Shown: positions 29,102-39,875 of the stretch, piece after piece
Layout: each line of letters opens with the position of its first letter
Position numbering within the stretch: position 1 is the first letter of the stretch
Assembly: GCA_039818205.1 (NCBI GenBank)
Contig: JBCBUK010000014.1
Location: 1 to 64,000, forward strand
Reading direction: 5' to 3'
DNA length: 64,000 bases
Origin: Verrucomicrobiota bacterium
GTDB taxonomy: Bacteria; Verrucomicrobiota; Verrucomicrobiia; Opitutales; Cerasicoccaceae
Notes under the pieces: generated by a model
What the model saw: only the letters and a program-made list of their open reading frames with translations
Database searches by the model: none
Told to the model about the DNA's origin: nothing
Position numbers and translations under genes: made by a program

Positions 29102-30760
29102 TTAGAGCTCCTCTTCTTCGCTTAGGTCGTCTGGCTGGTTGAACTGCTCGACACCAATTGCAACCAACTCGTTCAAAATGCTGAACTCGGTTGCCCGCGA
29201 AGAATATTGGGCGAGCTGTTCGACCTCCTTGACCACTTCGTCGGAGTCGACCGATACCTCTGGTACTTCTTTCTTAGCTGCAAAAATGATTGTACCTGGG
29301 TCGCTATACTTCCGAAGGTTGATCACCTCGCCTTGATCCATACTGCTGAGAACATCGAGTTCAAAACGGTCCAGACCCGACTGAGAATCAATCAAGGTAA
29401 AGTCAGCAGCAGAGCGAACTGTAAGTCCCAAAGACTCAGCAGTCTCAACAAAAGACTTCCCGTCATTAACTGCGGTTTGAAGTTCATCGGTCAGCTCTTG
29501 GCCTCGCTCATTGTAGCGGATTTTCTTCTCAACCTCAGTGTAATCGGCAAGCACCTGGACCTTCACGTCGGCCAGTGGTGGAATGGTTGTGCCACTTGTT
29601 TCTTTCAAGATCACGATAGCCGCACCATCGTTGGTTGGAATGCCGTCGGAATAGAAACGGTTGTCGTCGAGCGAGAAAACAGACTCCAACGCATCGGGCG
29701 CAAATGGCGAAGGCGTGGGCGGGCTGCTCTGGCTGAAGGGAGGTAAGTCTACGAGCGAGTATTCCTGCTCGCTGAAAAAGGTCGGAATGGAATCATCGCC
29801 CAAACGGATGCTCTTCTGGTAGACGGCATCGTAAATAGCAAATGCTAGGTTGTTCGCTTCGTTCAACGCAAGGCTCTTAGCTTGGTCAAGTTTGTATGCC
29901 GCGAGAACTTCATCCTTAATATCAGCCAACTGCTTGGTTACGCCTTCGTCATTTTTCGGCCACTTCGCACGGTTGCGGTTATAAAACATGAGGAGCTGAG
30001 TTTCGTCTGGCTCGGCCACTTTATCGACCAAATCAGCAGCCTTTATCTCCACATAGCTGGCGACCAACATCGGCTCAGTTTCGTAGCTCGCCTTGTTCTG
30101 CTCGTAGTATTCCTGCAGCTGCTCTTGGGTCGCCGTGATGCTGGGTCTAAAAGTCTCTTCATCCAAGGTTGCCACGTCTGCAGTCCATACGGTTTCGCGA
30201 CGCTTCAACTCCTGCATTGCTTGATAAGGCAAGACATAGCCTGGACCGCCCAACAGCTTACGCACTTGGTCAATGCGATAGTTCTGAGTGAGCGTGGTCA
30301 CCAAGGTTTCCTCGCTGATGTTCGGGTTGTTCTCAAATTGATCCAGGACCTCGGTGTATGCGTTCTGGCTGAACTGTCCGGTCGCACGGTCAATGAAGGC
30401 CGGGCGCTGGCTGACATACTCTTTAAACTGTTCCTCGGTCGGCTCAGGAATTTCAAGTTGCCCGGCAATGAACAACAACGGCGCGCGCTGCATCATGTCG
30501 GCCTCCATGGCATCTTGCGACGGGTAGCGGCCCTCCAAGAGAAAGGTTAAACGAGTCCAGTCGGACAATGCGCCACGGTCACGGCTCGAGTTCAAATTGA
30601 ATCCATAGTATTCACGGCGAACGGTCTGCTGGTTGGCGCCTCCGCCAAATCCACCGAAGTTTCCGATCGTGAAAACGAATGCAATAATGATCAAGACCAG
30701 CAATACGCCAAAGACGACCTTGTGGTGCTTCTGAATATGGGTTTGGAGCCAGGTAAACAT
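29102..30760 (-). CDS. SurA_N/PpiD-like periplasmic chaperone
   Basis: N-terminal TM, LQEYYEQNK..Y, PLADVK motifs. Confidence 0.75.
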   Translation of the reverse strand: MFTWLQTHIQKHHKVVFGVLLVLIIIAFVFTIGNFGGFGGGANQQTVRREYYGFNLNSSRDRGALSDWTRLTFLLEGRYPSQDAMEADMMQRAPLLFIAGQLEIPEPTEEQFKEYVSQRPAFIDRATGQFSQNAYTEVLDQFENNPNISEETLVTTLTQNYRIDQVRKLLGGPGYVLPYQAMQELKRRETVWTADVATLDEETFRPSITATQEQLQEYYEQNKASYETEPMLVASYVEIKAADLVDKVAEPDETQLLMFYNRNRAKWPKNDEGVTKQLADIKDEVLAAYKLDQAKSLALNEANNLAFAIYDAVYQKSIRLGDDSIPTFFSEQEYSLVDLPPFSQSSPPTPSPFAPDALESVFSLDDNRFYSDGIPTNDGAAIVILKETSGTTIPPLADVKVQVLADYTEVEKKIRYNERGQELTDELQTAVNDGKSFVETAESLGLTVRSAADFTLIDSQSGLDRFELDVLSSMDQGEVINLRKYSDPGTIIFAAKKEVPEVSVDSDEVVKEVEQLAQYSSRATEFSILNELVAIGVEQFNQPDDLSEEEEL

Positions 30761-30815
30761 GATGGAAAAGGGTTAGGAAAGGATGAGATGGGATTTCGGG
30801 TAATAAAGGGATGCG

Positions 30816-31559
30816 TTAGTCGCTGAGAAGGGCGGCGTCGATATCGTAGTTGGCCCAGACAGCTTTCACGTCTTCAAGGTCGTCCAAGGTTTCGGTCAGG
30901 CGCAACACCTGTTTGACCACGTCGGCATCGGAAACTTCGACCAGGTTATTGGGCAAATAGGCCAGCTCGGAACTCTCCGGAACGATGTCCTTATCGTTGA
31001 ACGCGGTGGACACGGCGATGAAGTCGCCGATTTCGCAAACAACCTCAAAGTGGTCGCCGTTGTTCTTGATGTCTTCCGCACCAGCTTCGAGAGCGACTTC
31101 CATCAGGGTATCTTCGTCGACCTTTTCAGCATCGATCATAAACTGACCCTTGCGCTGAAAGTTAAATGCCAAGGCTCCAGCACCGGCGAGGTTACCGCCA
31201 CATTTCGTAAAGGTGCTGCGGACTTCCGAAGCGGAGCGATTCTTGTTATCCGTGGCGACTTCCACGATAACCCCGACGCCGCCTGGACCATAGCCTTCGT
31301 AAACCAGCTCTTCGTAAGTCACGCCGGGTAGTTCGCCCGTGCCCTTCTTGATTGCACGGTCGACATTGTCGGCTGGCATGTTGGCCCCCTTGGCTTTCAA
31401 GATGACCATCCGCAGGCGCGGATTGAATTCTGGATCACCGCCGCCATCGCGAGCCGCAATCGTCAGTTCCTTCGAAATAACACTAAAAATTTTGCCACGC
31501 TTGGCGTCGACGACCGCTTTGTGGCGCTTAGTGGTTGCCCATTTTGAGTGTCCAGCCAT
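30816..31559 (-). CDS. yebC: YebC/PmpR family protein
   Basis: MAGHSKW, YEGYGPGG, TDNKNRS. Confidence 0.96.
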   Translation of the reverse strand: MAGHSKWATTKRHKAVVDAKRGKIFSVISKELTIAARDGGGDPEFNPRLRMVILKAKGANMPADNVDRAIKKGTGELPGVTYEELVYEGYGPGGVGVIVEVATDNKNRSASEVRSTFTKCGGNLAGAGALAFNFQRKGQFMIDAEKVDEDTLMEVALEAGAEDIKNNGDHFEVVCEIGDFIAVSTAFNDKDIVPESSELAYLPNNLVEVSDADVVKQVLRLTETLDDLEDVKAVWANYDIDAALLSD

Positions 31560-31624
31560 TTCAATTTTCGGGGTTAACTATTTTTTCTGACAGGCAAATT
31601 GACCAAAGTTCAATCGCAAACCGC

Positions 31625-33547
31625 TTATTTGCGCTTTTTCTTGCCACTTTTCGGGGTTCCGCCGCCTTGAGTCTTCGCGGCCTTCTTTGCCGGTGCAGGA
31701 GCGGAGGTCACTTCAACCGCTGGTGTTTCTTCGCGGCTCCGATTGGTAATCCACTGCTGCAGGATCGAAATACAGTTCTGAACCGTCCAATATAGAACCA
31801 GACCAGACGGGAAGCGGTAACAGAATGCCAGGAAGATAAATGGCATAAACTGGAAAAGCTTCCGCTGCATGTTGTCAGTGGTCGGCGTCGGCGTCATCCG
31901 CATTTGGAAGAACATCGCCAAGCCCATGAGAATCGGCATCAAGTGAAACCAATCCGGCAGGAACGGCAAGGTATCCGGCACCGACAAGTCTTCGATCCAA
32001 AGGAAGGGCGCATAACGGAGATCCGACGAGGTCCGCAGCATGTAAAAGAGCGCAAAGAAAATTGGAATCTGCAGCAAGATGGGTAAACAACCTGCCGCTG
32101 GGTTGACCTTGTTCTCCTTAAAGAGCTTGGCCATCTCCTGCTGGAGCTTCGTTGGGTTGTCTTTGAATTTCTCCTGGATCGCCTTCATCGGCTCCTGGAT
32201 CGTCGCCATGCGCTTGGCGGACTTAACCTGCACCTGGGTCAGCGGCCAAAGGATACCCTTAATAATACACGTGAGCAGGATGATCGCGAAGCCCCAACCC
32301 CAAGTTGGAGCTAGCGGCACGATCACCCCGTGGAGGCTTACCAAGGCCCAAAGGAGCAGCTTGCTGATCCCGCCAAAGAAGCCAAACTGCATAATCTTGT
32401 CCTGGTCCTGCCCCAAAGTGTTCAAGCGGAAGTATTCCTTCGGCCCGACGTAGAAGCTTGCCTGAATCGACTTGCGATCACCGGCAGGTACTTTGCCGAG
32501 ATTGAACTCCATTGCACCAGTCACCCCTTTTTGGAGGTCCGGATCTTCGATCGTTGCACTCAGGTCAACTGGACGGGCAAAAATCCCCGTTCCTTGAACG
32601 CCCTGCGGCGTCAGCACTGAGGCGAAAAACTGATTCTTTATTGAAGCCCAGGTAACGGAACCTTCCAACTGTTGCTTGCTCTCGTAGATGTATTCATTTG
32701 GAGAGCTTCGGCCAATCCCCAGAAAGCCGTTCGAACCGGTAAACTTGGTCATTTTGAGGAAGTCGGCGTCCCCATTGACGTAATACCCGAAGTTCAGGAA
32801 TTCCTTCGTTACATCGCCCTTGGTTGGGGGCGCAGTTCCAGCATTGATATACAATGCCTTGAGCGGAAAGCTCTGGTCACCGGTGTTGACGAAGTAAGTT
32901 TCGTGCTGGATCAAGTAAGGGTCGGAATCGTCCTGCGGCCCGGGAAGCTTGTAGGCACGGACAACTGCTAAACCGCTCGGATCTTTATAGATAAATTGAA
33001 TACGGCGCTCTTCCCGATCAACTTGATCGACCTCGTAGTGTGGTGCCACTTCTTCCGGGCGGCCGTCTTCGTCAGAATCCAGGCTGATCGCCAAGGCTGG
33101 AATGTCCGAACCAGCGCCAAACACATAGGGCTCCGTGGAATCCAGAGTCGCCGGATACTTCAAACGGCCATCACTCGTCTCGTCGATGAATGCCACCGAC
33201 TTAATCGCGCCACCCTTGCTGGTGAAAGTCACTTCGATGAAGTCGTTCTTGAGCAGGTAAGTTTGCTCTTCCTCCTCGCTCTTCTGCGTCAGGCTCGGGC
33301 TGAAGGTAGTCTTGCCCTCAGCGGTCGAAGCAAACACGCTTCCGCCACTCTGCTCCGCCTCGGTCGCATCGAGCTTCTCGATTGCCTCGTCTGCCGATTC
33401 CTCGACCTCCTTCGACTGAGCTTGCTGAAGTTCTTCTAGGGCCCGTTGTTCGTCCGCAGCGCGTTGTGCCTCTTTCGCTTGATGCGACATGAGGAATATG
33501 CCCGCCGCTAACAGCAGAACCCCGATAACTGTATTCTTCTTATCCAT
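31625..33547 (-). CDS. yidC: Membrane protein insertase
   Basis: VNPAAGCLPILLQIPIF, WIEDLSVPD, PSGLVLYW. Confidence 0.96.
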   Translation of the reverse strand: MDKKNTVIGVLLLAAGIFLMSHQAKEAQRAADEQRALEELQQAQSKEVEESADEAIEKLDATEAEQSGGSVFASTAEGKTTFSPSLTQKSEEEEQTYLLKNDFIEVTFTSKGGAIKSVAFIDETSDGRLKYPATLDSTEPYVFGAGSDIPALAISLDSDEDGRPEEVAPHYEVDQVDREERRIQFIYKDPSGLAVVRAYKLPGPQDDSDPYLIQHETYFVNTGDQSFPLKALYINAGTAPPTKGDVTKEFLNFGYYVNGDADFLKMTKFTGSNGFLGIGRSSPNEYIYESKQQLEGSVTWASIKNQFFASVLTPQGVQGTGIFARPVDLSATIEDPDLQKGVTGAMEFNLGKVPAGDRKSIQASFYVGPKEYFRLNTLGQDQDKIMQFGFFGGISKLLLWALVSLHGVIVPLAPTWGWGFAIILLTCIIKGILWPLTQVQVKSAKRMATIQEPMKAIQEKFKDNPTKLQQEMAKLFKENKVNPAAGCLPILLQIPIFFALFYMLRTSSDLRYAPFLWIEDLSVPDTLPFLPDWFHLMPILMGLAMFFQMRMTPTPTTDNMQRKLFQFMPFIFLAFCYRFPSGLVLYWTVQNCISILQQWITNRSREETPAVEVTSAPAPAKKAAKTQGGGTPKSGKKKRK

Positions 33548-33748
33548 GGATGAAAACGCCAGCCCGGTTCAGGGCCGTCGCGAGTGAAAACGGACTAGCG
33601 AAACGCTTTCCGGGCGCGCATCAACGTTATTCTGCACCGATACGACATCGGATTTTTCGAGTTTCTCCAACAAATTGGCGATTTTCCCGGCCCAAATCGT
33701 GCTGTTGTCCAAGCGCAAACGGGCCTTGGGCGACTCCAAACGCCTAAC

Positions 33749-33763
33749 TGCAAAATATTTGCA
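33749..33763. promoter_or_regulatory. Putative Fur/Zur-family operator
   Basis: TGCAAA-ATA-TTTGCA palindrome about 30 nt upstream of the metal ABC operon. Confidence 0.5.
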
Positions 33764-33793
33764 CTTTAAAAAATAGTGGCACAAGATTGCCTG

Positions 33794-34858
33794 ATGTTCC
33801 GTATCCTGATCGCATGCCTCGCCACAGGCCTACTGCCATTTTCCCTCTGGGCAAGGGTGGAAGTCGTCGCGGCTAATGCCATCATCGCAGATTGGGTCGA
33901 GCAGATCGGTGGCGACCAGGTCGCCATCACCACGCTGGTCGAAGCCGGGGAAGACCCCCATCACTTCGAGCCAAGCCCTCGGATGATACGTAAACTCGCA
34001 AAAGCCGATATTATTATCGAGTTTGGCCAAGGAATGGAGCCATGGCTCGAGGATTTGATCGCCGCCAGCGACACATCTGCTCAGATCATTACACTGACCT
34101 ACGGCCTCGACCTCATGGCGACCGGCGACCCCTATTGGTCGGAAATTCCCGAACTGCACCAAGATGCGGAAAACAAGCCACCCTGCTGCAGTGGTGACGC
34201 CATCGAGGAGAACAAAGTCTGGGCAATAATGATTGCCACGCTTGAGATAGAGCACGCAGTCGAATGCGAGGACCACGAACATGGTTACGCCGACCACCAT
34301 GCCCATGAGCACGGCGAATACGACCCTCATGTCTGGCTCGATCCGCAAATGGCTCTCATGATGGTGCTAACCATTGATGGGGCTCTAGCGGACGCCGATC
34401 CCGATTCCGCCGCCACGTTCAGCAAACGTCGCGAGGCTTACCTCGAAGAGTTGATCGACCTTGATGAATGGGCTGCCGCACAGCTCGCAACCATCCCCGT
34501 CGAGCACCGATTCCTGATCAACTACCACGACAATTTACGCTATTTCGGACGACGCTACGGATTTATCACGCCCAAGAGCGTCCTCGGGACCAACACGACC
34601 GAGGCCTCCGATCCGTCAGCCAAAGAATTTGCTACGCTGGTCAAGTGGATCCAAAAGCACCAGGTTCCAGCTCTGTTCGTGGATGCGACTGCGAATGAGA
34701 AACTCACCCGCCAAATCTCGCGAGAGGCCGGACTGCCCGACCCGTACCGACTCTACACTGGCAATTTGTCGCCCGATGCAGAAGCCAGCGACTACCTGAG
34801 CATGATGCGAACCAACGTCAACACGCTGACGGAGGCTTTGGCCCAGCCGCGACCCTGA
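33794..34858 (+). CDS. Zn/Mn ABC transporter substrate-binding protein (ZnuA/TroA family)
   Basis: DPHHFEP, His-rich loop, DPHVWLDP, HDNLRYF. Confidence 0.9.
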   Translation: MFRILIACLATGLLPFSLWARVEVVAANAIIADWVEQIGGDQVAITTLVEAGEDPHHFEPSPRMIRKLAKADIIIEFGQGMEPWLEDLIAASDTSAQIITLTYGLDLMATGDPYWSEIPELHQDAENKPPCCSGDAIEENKVWAIMIATLEIEHAVECEDHEHGYADHHAHEHGEYDPHVWLDPQMALMMVLTIDGALADADPDSAATFSKRREAYLEELIDLDEWAAAQLATIPVEHRFLINYHDNLRYFGRRYGFITPKSVLGTNTTEASDPSAKEFATLVKWIQKHQVPALFVDATANEKLTRQISREAGLPDPYRLYTGNLSPDAEASDYLSMMRTNVNTLTEALAQPRP

Positions 34859-35589
34859 TGTTTTCGGACACCAAACCCTGGCTCCGCTATCATGCGACCT
34901 GCGGCGGGCAGCATTCGATCGATGGCCCGGCCGTCAGCCTGGAAAACGTCACCCTTGGCTATCCGGGAAACCAAGAGCCAATTTTGCAGAGTCTCAATCT
35001 CACGCTCGGGCGTGGACGATGCGTCTCCCTCGTCGGAGACAATGGCGCGGGCAAATCGACCTTGCTCAAGTCGCTCGCCGGGCTCCTCAGTAAGCGTGCA
35101 GGTGAGATGAAGATTCTGGGGCATGCGGTCGGAAAATGTCACCACCAGGTGTCTTATTTGCCTCAACACCGCGAGATCGACTGGAGCTTCCCCATCAACG
35201 TCCGACGCTTTGTTGCCACGGGTGCCTACATTCACCTCGGGTGGTTTCGCCGATCGGGCAAAACGGAGCTAGAACGGGCCGAGGCGATACTCGATAATCT
35301 CCAACTGCTTGATCTGGGAAAAAAGAGGCTCAACGAGCTCTCGGGCGGCCAGCAACAGCGCGTCTTGCTTGCGCGAACACTGCTTCATGGGGCGGAGCTC
35401 CTGCTGCTGGACGAGCCATTGAACGCGGTTGACGCCGAAAACCGGGCGCGATTGATCGAGGCACTCCACGCGCTCAAAGCAGAGGGCAAGACCATGCTGA
35501 TCGCCACTCACGACCTGGATTTCGGCGCTGGGTTCTTCGATGCAAGCTACCGCGTCGGCGAAGGCACGGCAAAGGAGGAGCCCGCTTGA
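34858..35589 (+). CDS. Zn/Mn ABC transporter ATPase
   Basis: GDNGAGKST, IDWSFP, LSGGQQQR. Confidence 0.92.
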   Translation: MFSDTKPWLRYHATCGGQHSIDGPAVSLENVTLGYPGNQEPILQSLNLTLGRGRCVSLVGDNGAGKSTLLKSLAGLLSKRAGEMKILGHAVGKCHHQVSYLPQHREIDWSFPINVRRFVATGAYIHLGWFRRSGKTELERAEAILDNLQLLDLGKKRLNELSGGQQQRVLLARTLLHGAELLLLDEPLNAVDAENRARLIEALHALKAEGKTMLIATHDLDFGAGFFDASYRVGEGTAKEEPA

Positions 35590-36401
35590 TCACTTGGTTA
35601 ACGGAGCCCTTCGAGCTGGACTTCATGCAGCGGGCACTAGTCGCCGGAACGCTGGCCGGGGTCAACTGCGCGGCTATTGGTGTCTATATTGTCCAGCGTC
35701 GGATGTCGTTTTTCGGCGGGGCACTTTCCCACACCGTTTTGCCCGGAATGGTATTCGCCTTCCTGCGCGGAATCGACATCTTCTGGGGAGCCCTCGCGGC
35801 TGCGCTCGCCACGGCCTTCGGTGTTGGCTGGCTAGTGAAGCGGCGTGAAGTCAGCGAAGACGCTGCCATTGGCGTATTCTTATCGGGCATGTTTGCTCTC
35901 GGAATCCTGATGATGAGCCAGGTGAACTCCTTCCGAGATTTCAATGCACTGCTTTTTGGCAGCGTACTCGGAGTCACACCCGCCGACCTCGGACTAACGG
36001 CCATTGTAACCCTCATTACCTTGGGAACACTCTTCGCCTACCACAAGGAGCTGGAGCTGGCTTCAATCGACCCAGAATACGCCCAAGTCATCGGTGCACG
36101 GCCAAACCAACTCCGAACCCTCCTCTTGGCGCTGACAGCCCTGAGCGTCGTGACCGCCGTGCGGGTGGTGGGCGCTCTGATGGCGACGGCTCTGCTGATC
36201 ACGCCCGCCGCTGCGGCTCTGCTTTGGGCCCGCTCCATTGTTGGAGCCATGCTTATTGCGACCGGGATATCAGTGTTCAGTGCCGTTTGCGGGCTGATCG
36301 TCTCCTACCACTACGATTTAAGCTCGGGCGCATCGATCGTACTCACCGCAACGGCTTGCTTTGGCTTGAGCTGGCTGTTACGAGTCGTGCTCAAACGATA
36401 G
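35586..36401 (+). CDS. Zn/Mn ABC transporter permease
   Basis: ALSHTVLPG, SEDAAIG, LLFGSVLGV. Confidence 0.92.
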   Translation: MITWLTEPFELDFMQRALVAGTLAGVNCAAIGVYIVQRRMSFFGGALSHTVLPGMVFAFLRGIDIFWGALAAALATAFGVGWLVKRREVSEDAAIGVFLSGMFALGILMMSQVNSFRDFNALLFGSVLGVTPADLGLTAIVTLITLGTLFAYHKELELASIDPEYAQVIGARPNQLRTLLLALTALSVVTAVRVVGALMATALLITPAAAALLWARSIVGAMLIATGISVFSAVCGLIVSYHYDLSSGASIVLTATACFGLSWLLRVVLKR

Positions 36402-36510
36402 GCGATACCTGGCATAAGAAACGTTCAGGTAAACTTGGGGCGAATCGGCGCTTTACACATTGCCGTTGCGCCCTACCGTAATGCGTTTTGCATAAGTATC
36501 AGCCTAGCCT

Positions 36511-37842
36511 ATGAAGCAACGGACCATATTGCGTGACGCCTCCGTCAAGGGGAAAGCTCTTCACACTGGTGAAGAGGTAACGCTCACCCTCAAGCCAGCC
36601 CCAGAAAACCACGGAATCGTTTTCCGCCGCGTCGACCTCTATGGAAAGCCTGAGCTAAAGCCCAACGTTTCCCTGGTCTCGGACGTCGTTCGCAGCACCA
36701 CGATTTCCAATGGGCACGCCAAGGTCCACACCATTGAGCACGTGTTGAGCGCGTTGCACGGCTGCGCCATCGACAATGCTGTCGTCGAAATGGACGCCTC
36801 CGAGCCGCCAATTCTGGACGGATCGGCAAAACACTACGTGAATCTCATTCAGGAGGCAGAACCCGTCGAACAGGAAGCCGAGCGGGAATACATCGAGCTG
36901 GTCGAACCCGTCAGCGTGACCAAAGGCGCCAGCTCGCTCATTGCCCTGCCCTGCGACCAATTTAAAATCACGTGCACCAGCGCGGATGACCGCGGAATCC
37001 ACACCCAGCACATTTCCCTGGATATCGATCCAGAGTCTTACGTGGCGCAAATCGCTCCCGCGCGGACATTTACTATCTACGAAGATATCGAGGAGCTCCT
37101 GAAACTCGGCAAAATCCAAGGCGGTAGCCTGGACAGCGCAATCGTAATCAAGGGTGACAAAATTCTCTCCAAAGAGCCCCTTCGGTTCAAAGAGGAATTC
37201 GCCCGACATAAAGTTCTCGATGTCGTTGGTGATCTGATGCTTCTCGGCAAACCGATCAAGGCCCACATCGTGGCTGTTCGGCCCGGACACGCCCTGAACG
37301 CCGAGCTCTGCAAGGCAATCAACGAGTCGCTGGAGAAGGCACAGAAACCCAAGAAATCCGCCGCGAAAGGCCCCCAGCAGGTGATGTCTCATGAGACGGC
37401 CCTGGATATTCGCCGGATCCTAGACACACTGCCGCACCGCTATCCATTTGTCATGATTGACCGCGTCATTGACATCCCCAATCAGGATGAATTGACCGCG
37501 ATTAAGAACGTTACGATCAACGAACCCTATTTCATGGGCCACTTCCCTGGGCAGCCGGTGATGCCGGGCGTCCTGCAAATTGAAGCGATGGCCCAAGCCG
37601 CCGGCATCCTGATGCTGCGCCGGATCAGTTCGGAGAACAAAATTGCGTTCTTTATGAGCTGCGATAAGGTGAAGTTCCGCCGTGCCGTCGTGCCCGGTGA
37701 CGTCGTCGAAATCCATGTGAAGCTGACGAAGAACCGTGGCAATAAAATCGGAGTGGCTGCCGGGACCTGTAAAGTGAATGGAAAAGCGGTTTCGTCGGCT
37801 GAATTAATGTTTACGATTGTCGACGCTGGTGGCGATATGTAA
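36511..37842 (+). CDS. lpxC: Bifunctional LpxC/FabZ
   Basis: [16 protein letters not shown]-terminal [20 protein letters not shown]. Confidence 0.96.
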   Translation: MKQRTILRDASVKGKALHTGEEVTLTLKPAPENHGIVFRRVDLYGKPELKPNVSLVSDVVRSTTISNGHAKVHTIEHVLSALHGCAIDNAVVEMDASEPPILDGSAKHYVNLIQEAEPVEQEAEREYIELVEPVSVTKGASSLIALPCDQFKITCTSADDRGIHTQHISLDIDPESYVAQIAPARTFTIYEDIEELLKLGKIQGGSLDSAIVIKGDKILSKEPLRFKEEFARHKVLDVVGDLMLLGKPIKAHIVAVRPGHALNAELCKAINESLEKAQKPKKSAAKGPQQVMSHETALDIRRILDTLPHRYPFVMIDRVIDIPNQDELTAIKNVTINEPYFMGHFPGQPVMPGVLQIEAMAQAAGILMLRRISSENKIAFFMSCDKVKFRRAVVPGDVVEIHVKLTKNRGNKIGVAAGTCKVNGKAVSSAELMFTIVDAGGDM

Positions 37843-37859
37843 GGTGTAAACAGAAGAAG

Positions 37860-38636
37860 ATGCCCGCAGACATTCACTCCACCGCAATTGTCGAATCTGG
37901 AGCGCAAATCGCCGATGATGTTGTAATTGGTGCCTACGCCTACATCGGCGCAGACGTCACCCTCGGACCGGAAACCGTCGTTCACCATCACGCGACCGTT
38001 GAAGGCAAGACCATCCTTGGCGAGAAAAACGAAGTTTGGCCCTACGCGCTGATCGGAGGCAAGACTCACGACCTCAAGTTTGAAGGCGGAAAGCCCGGCC
38101 TCAAAGTGGGTGACCGCAACGTTTTCCGCGAATACGTCACCGTCCACACCGCAACCAAGGCCGACGAATTCACCACCCTAGGCGACGACAACGTCGTCTT
38201 GGCCTATAGCCACATTGCTCACGACTGCCAGATCGGCAACCACCTGATCATGAGCAGCCACGCAGCCTTTGGTGGCCACGTGATCGTGGGAGACAATGTC
38301 AACGTGGGCTGGAATGCCGGAATCCATCAATTTTGCCGCATTGGCGAACACGCCATGATCGGTGCCTGCGCCAAAGCGGTGCAGGATGTCCCACCGCTCA
38401 TGATCGCCGACGGCAACCCGGCGGAGATCAAGACGATCAACAAAGTCGGTCTTGAGCGCTCTGGTTTTACCTCGGAAGACATCACAATCGCCCGAGCAGC
38501 CTTCAAAATCCTCTATCGCGAGAGCCTCAACCGCGCTCAGGCACTGGAGAAGCTACGGCAGCACGACCAGGTAGAAGACCGCGTGATCCAGCTGATTCTA
38601 GGCTTTGCCAAAGGCAGTGTCCGCGGCTGGAGCTAG
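37860..38636 (+). CDS. lpxA: UDP-N-acetylglucosamine acyltransferase
   Basis: Hexapeptide repeats, HIAHDC, HQFCRIG. Confidence 0.95.
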   Translation: MPADIHSTAIVESGAQIADDVVIGAYAYIGADVTLGPETVVHHHATVEGKTILGEKNEVWPYALIGGKTHDLKFEGGKPGLKVGDRNVFREYVTVHTATKADEFTTLGDDNVVLAYSHIAHDCQIGNHLIMSSHAAFGGHVIVGDNVNVGWNAGIHQFCRIGEHAMIGACAKAVQDVPPLMIADGNPAEIKTINKVGLERSGFTSEDITIARAAFKILYRESLNRAQALEKLRQHDQVEDRVIQLILGFAKGSVRGWS

Positions 38637-38785
38637 GGGTCATTAGCCTGGCTCATAGAAAATTGCAGAATCATTAATACTGCCAAGCACTGAGAGATTT
38701 GAGACTGATTTCTTCGGCCTGTGTGAAAATCTCGCAACATAAGCACCTGCCTATCAAAAGATAAGGAATCTTGAGCCAAACTTTT

Positions 38786-38819
38786 ACTTGCTTTGGCAAA
38801 GTGACTTTGCCATACAAAG
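38786..38819. promoter_or_regulatory. Tandem ACTTTG-N5-CAAAG(T)-type operator candidates
   Basis: ACTTGC-N5-CAAAGT followed by ACTTTG-N5-CAAAG directly before ATG 38823. Confidence 0.55.
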
Positions 38820-38822
38820 AGA

Positions 38823-39467
38823 ATGTCCTTTGGCCTGCACAACGCCCTCCGCGAAGTGCGCGAGTTGAAACACCGAATCCTCGCCAAGCAGCGCTTTAAA
38901 GGGTATTCCGGCCGGGCTCGAGCCCTGGGGGGCTGTGTCGCATTCGCGGCTGCCCTGCTCCTACAAGGTGGCTATTTCTCCGTTTCCTTGACCACTTTGC
39001 TCGTAACCTGGGGGCTAGTCCTGGCAGCCAGCCTCGCCCTCAACTACGGTGCGCTGGTGTATTGGTTTCTCTATGACGAGGAGGTCGGGCGCGATTGGTC
39101 CAAGCTCAAGCCAGCTTTGGAAGTCATTCCCACGTATGTAGTTGGAGTATTTGCAACCGTAGCCTGTATCGACCAGCGAGCGCCCGAGCTATTGCCAGGG
39201 ATCTGGATGTCCCTCTACGGCCTGGCGAATCTCGCCTCCCGCCATATACTGCCGCGGCGTATTGGCTGGGTTGGCGCGTGGTATGTTGCGACTGGGGCAA
39301 TATGTCTCGCCTGGCCAACCTGGGCCTGGCATACGCCGCTGGCCATGGGCAGCGCGTTCTTCATCGGAGAATGGCTAGGCGGATTGGTTTTACACTATGA
39401 CGAAGAGGAGGGCCGCACGGTTTGGTCCTTCTTTGGACTCCCAAATTTCAATCAGAACTATGAGTAA
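38823..39467 (+). CDS. Hypothetical membrane protein (about 6 TM)
   Basis: Hydrophobic helices; overlaps the downstream regulator. Confidence 0.8.
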   Translation: MSFGLHNALREVRELKHRILAKQRFKGYSGRARALGGCVAFAAALLLQGGYFSVSLTTLLVTWGLVLAASLALNYGALVYWFLYDEEVGRDWSKLKPALEVIPTYVVGVFATVACIDQRAPELLPGIWMSLYGLANLASRHILPRRIGWVGAWYVATGAICLAWPTWAWHTPLAMGSAFFIGEWLGGLVLHYDEEEGRTVWSFFGLPNFNQNYE

Positions 39468-39831
39468 GAAAGACGAAAATCCCTACGACAAACTCGCCCG
39501 TATTTTCCACGAGCCAAAGCGCCTGGCTATGATCGCAGCCGTGGCCGATTCGGAGAAAGGGCTGAGCTTCAGCGAGATTAAAGAGGCCTGCGGCCTGACG
39601 GACGGCAACCTGAACCGCCACCTGAAAATCTTGGAAGAGGAGAAGATCGTCATCGCGAAAAAGTCACTGGCCGGTAACCGCGCTCGGACGATTGTCAAAC
39701 TGTCTGCCTCTGGCCGCCGCAAATTTGTAAAGTATCTGGAGTCGTTGGAATCCGCACTTAAGCAAGCCGCCCAATCGGTCGGTGCGAAGTCGCCTGGCAA
39801 GACCACACTGCTCAAAGGGCTGACGACCTAA
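39460..39831 (+). CDS. Winged-helix transcriptional regulator (HTH_34/ArsR-like)
   Basis: IFHEPKRL, FSEIKEACGLTDGNLNRHL. Confidence 0.9.
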   Translation: MSKKDENPYDKLARIFHEPKRLAMIAAVADSEKGLSFSEIKEACGLTDGNLNRHLKILEEEKIVIAKKSLAGNRARTIVKLSASGRRKFVKYLESLESALKQAAQSVGAKSPGKTTLLKGLTT

Positions 39832-39875
39832 CCAGCCCTCAACAATTCGGCGCTCGGCGGAGTCTCGCCGGCGCC

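Noticed and set aside
36511..37842. LpxC-FabZ fusion as a novelty
   Set aside because: This fusion is well known in Bacteroidota and Verrucomicrobiota.
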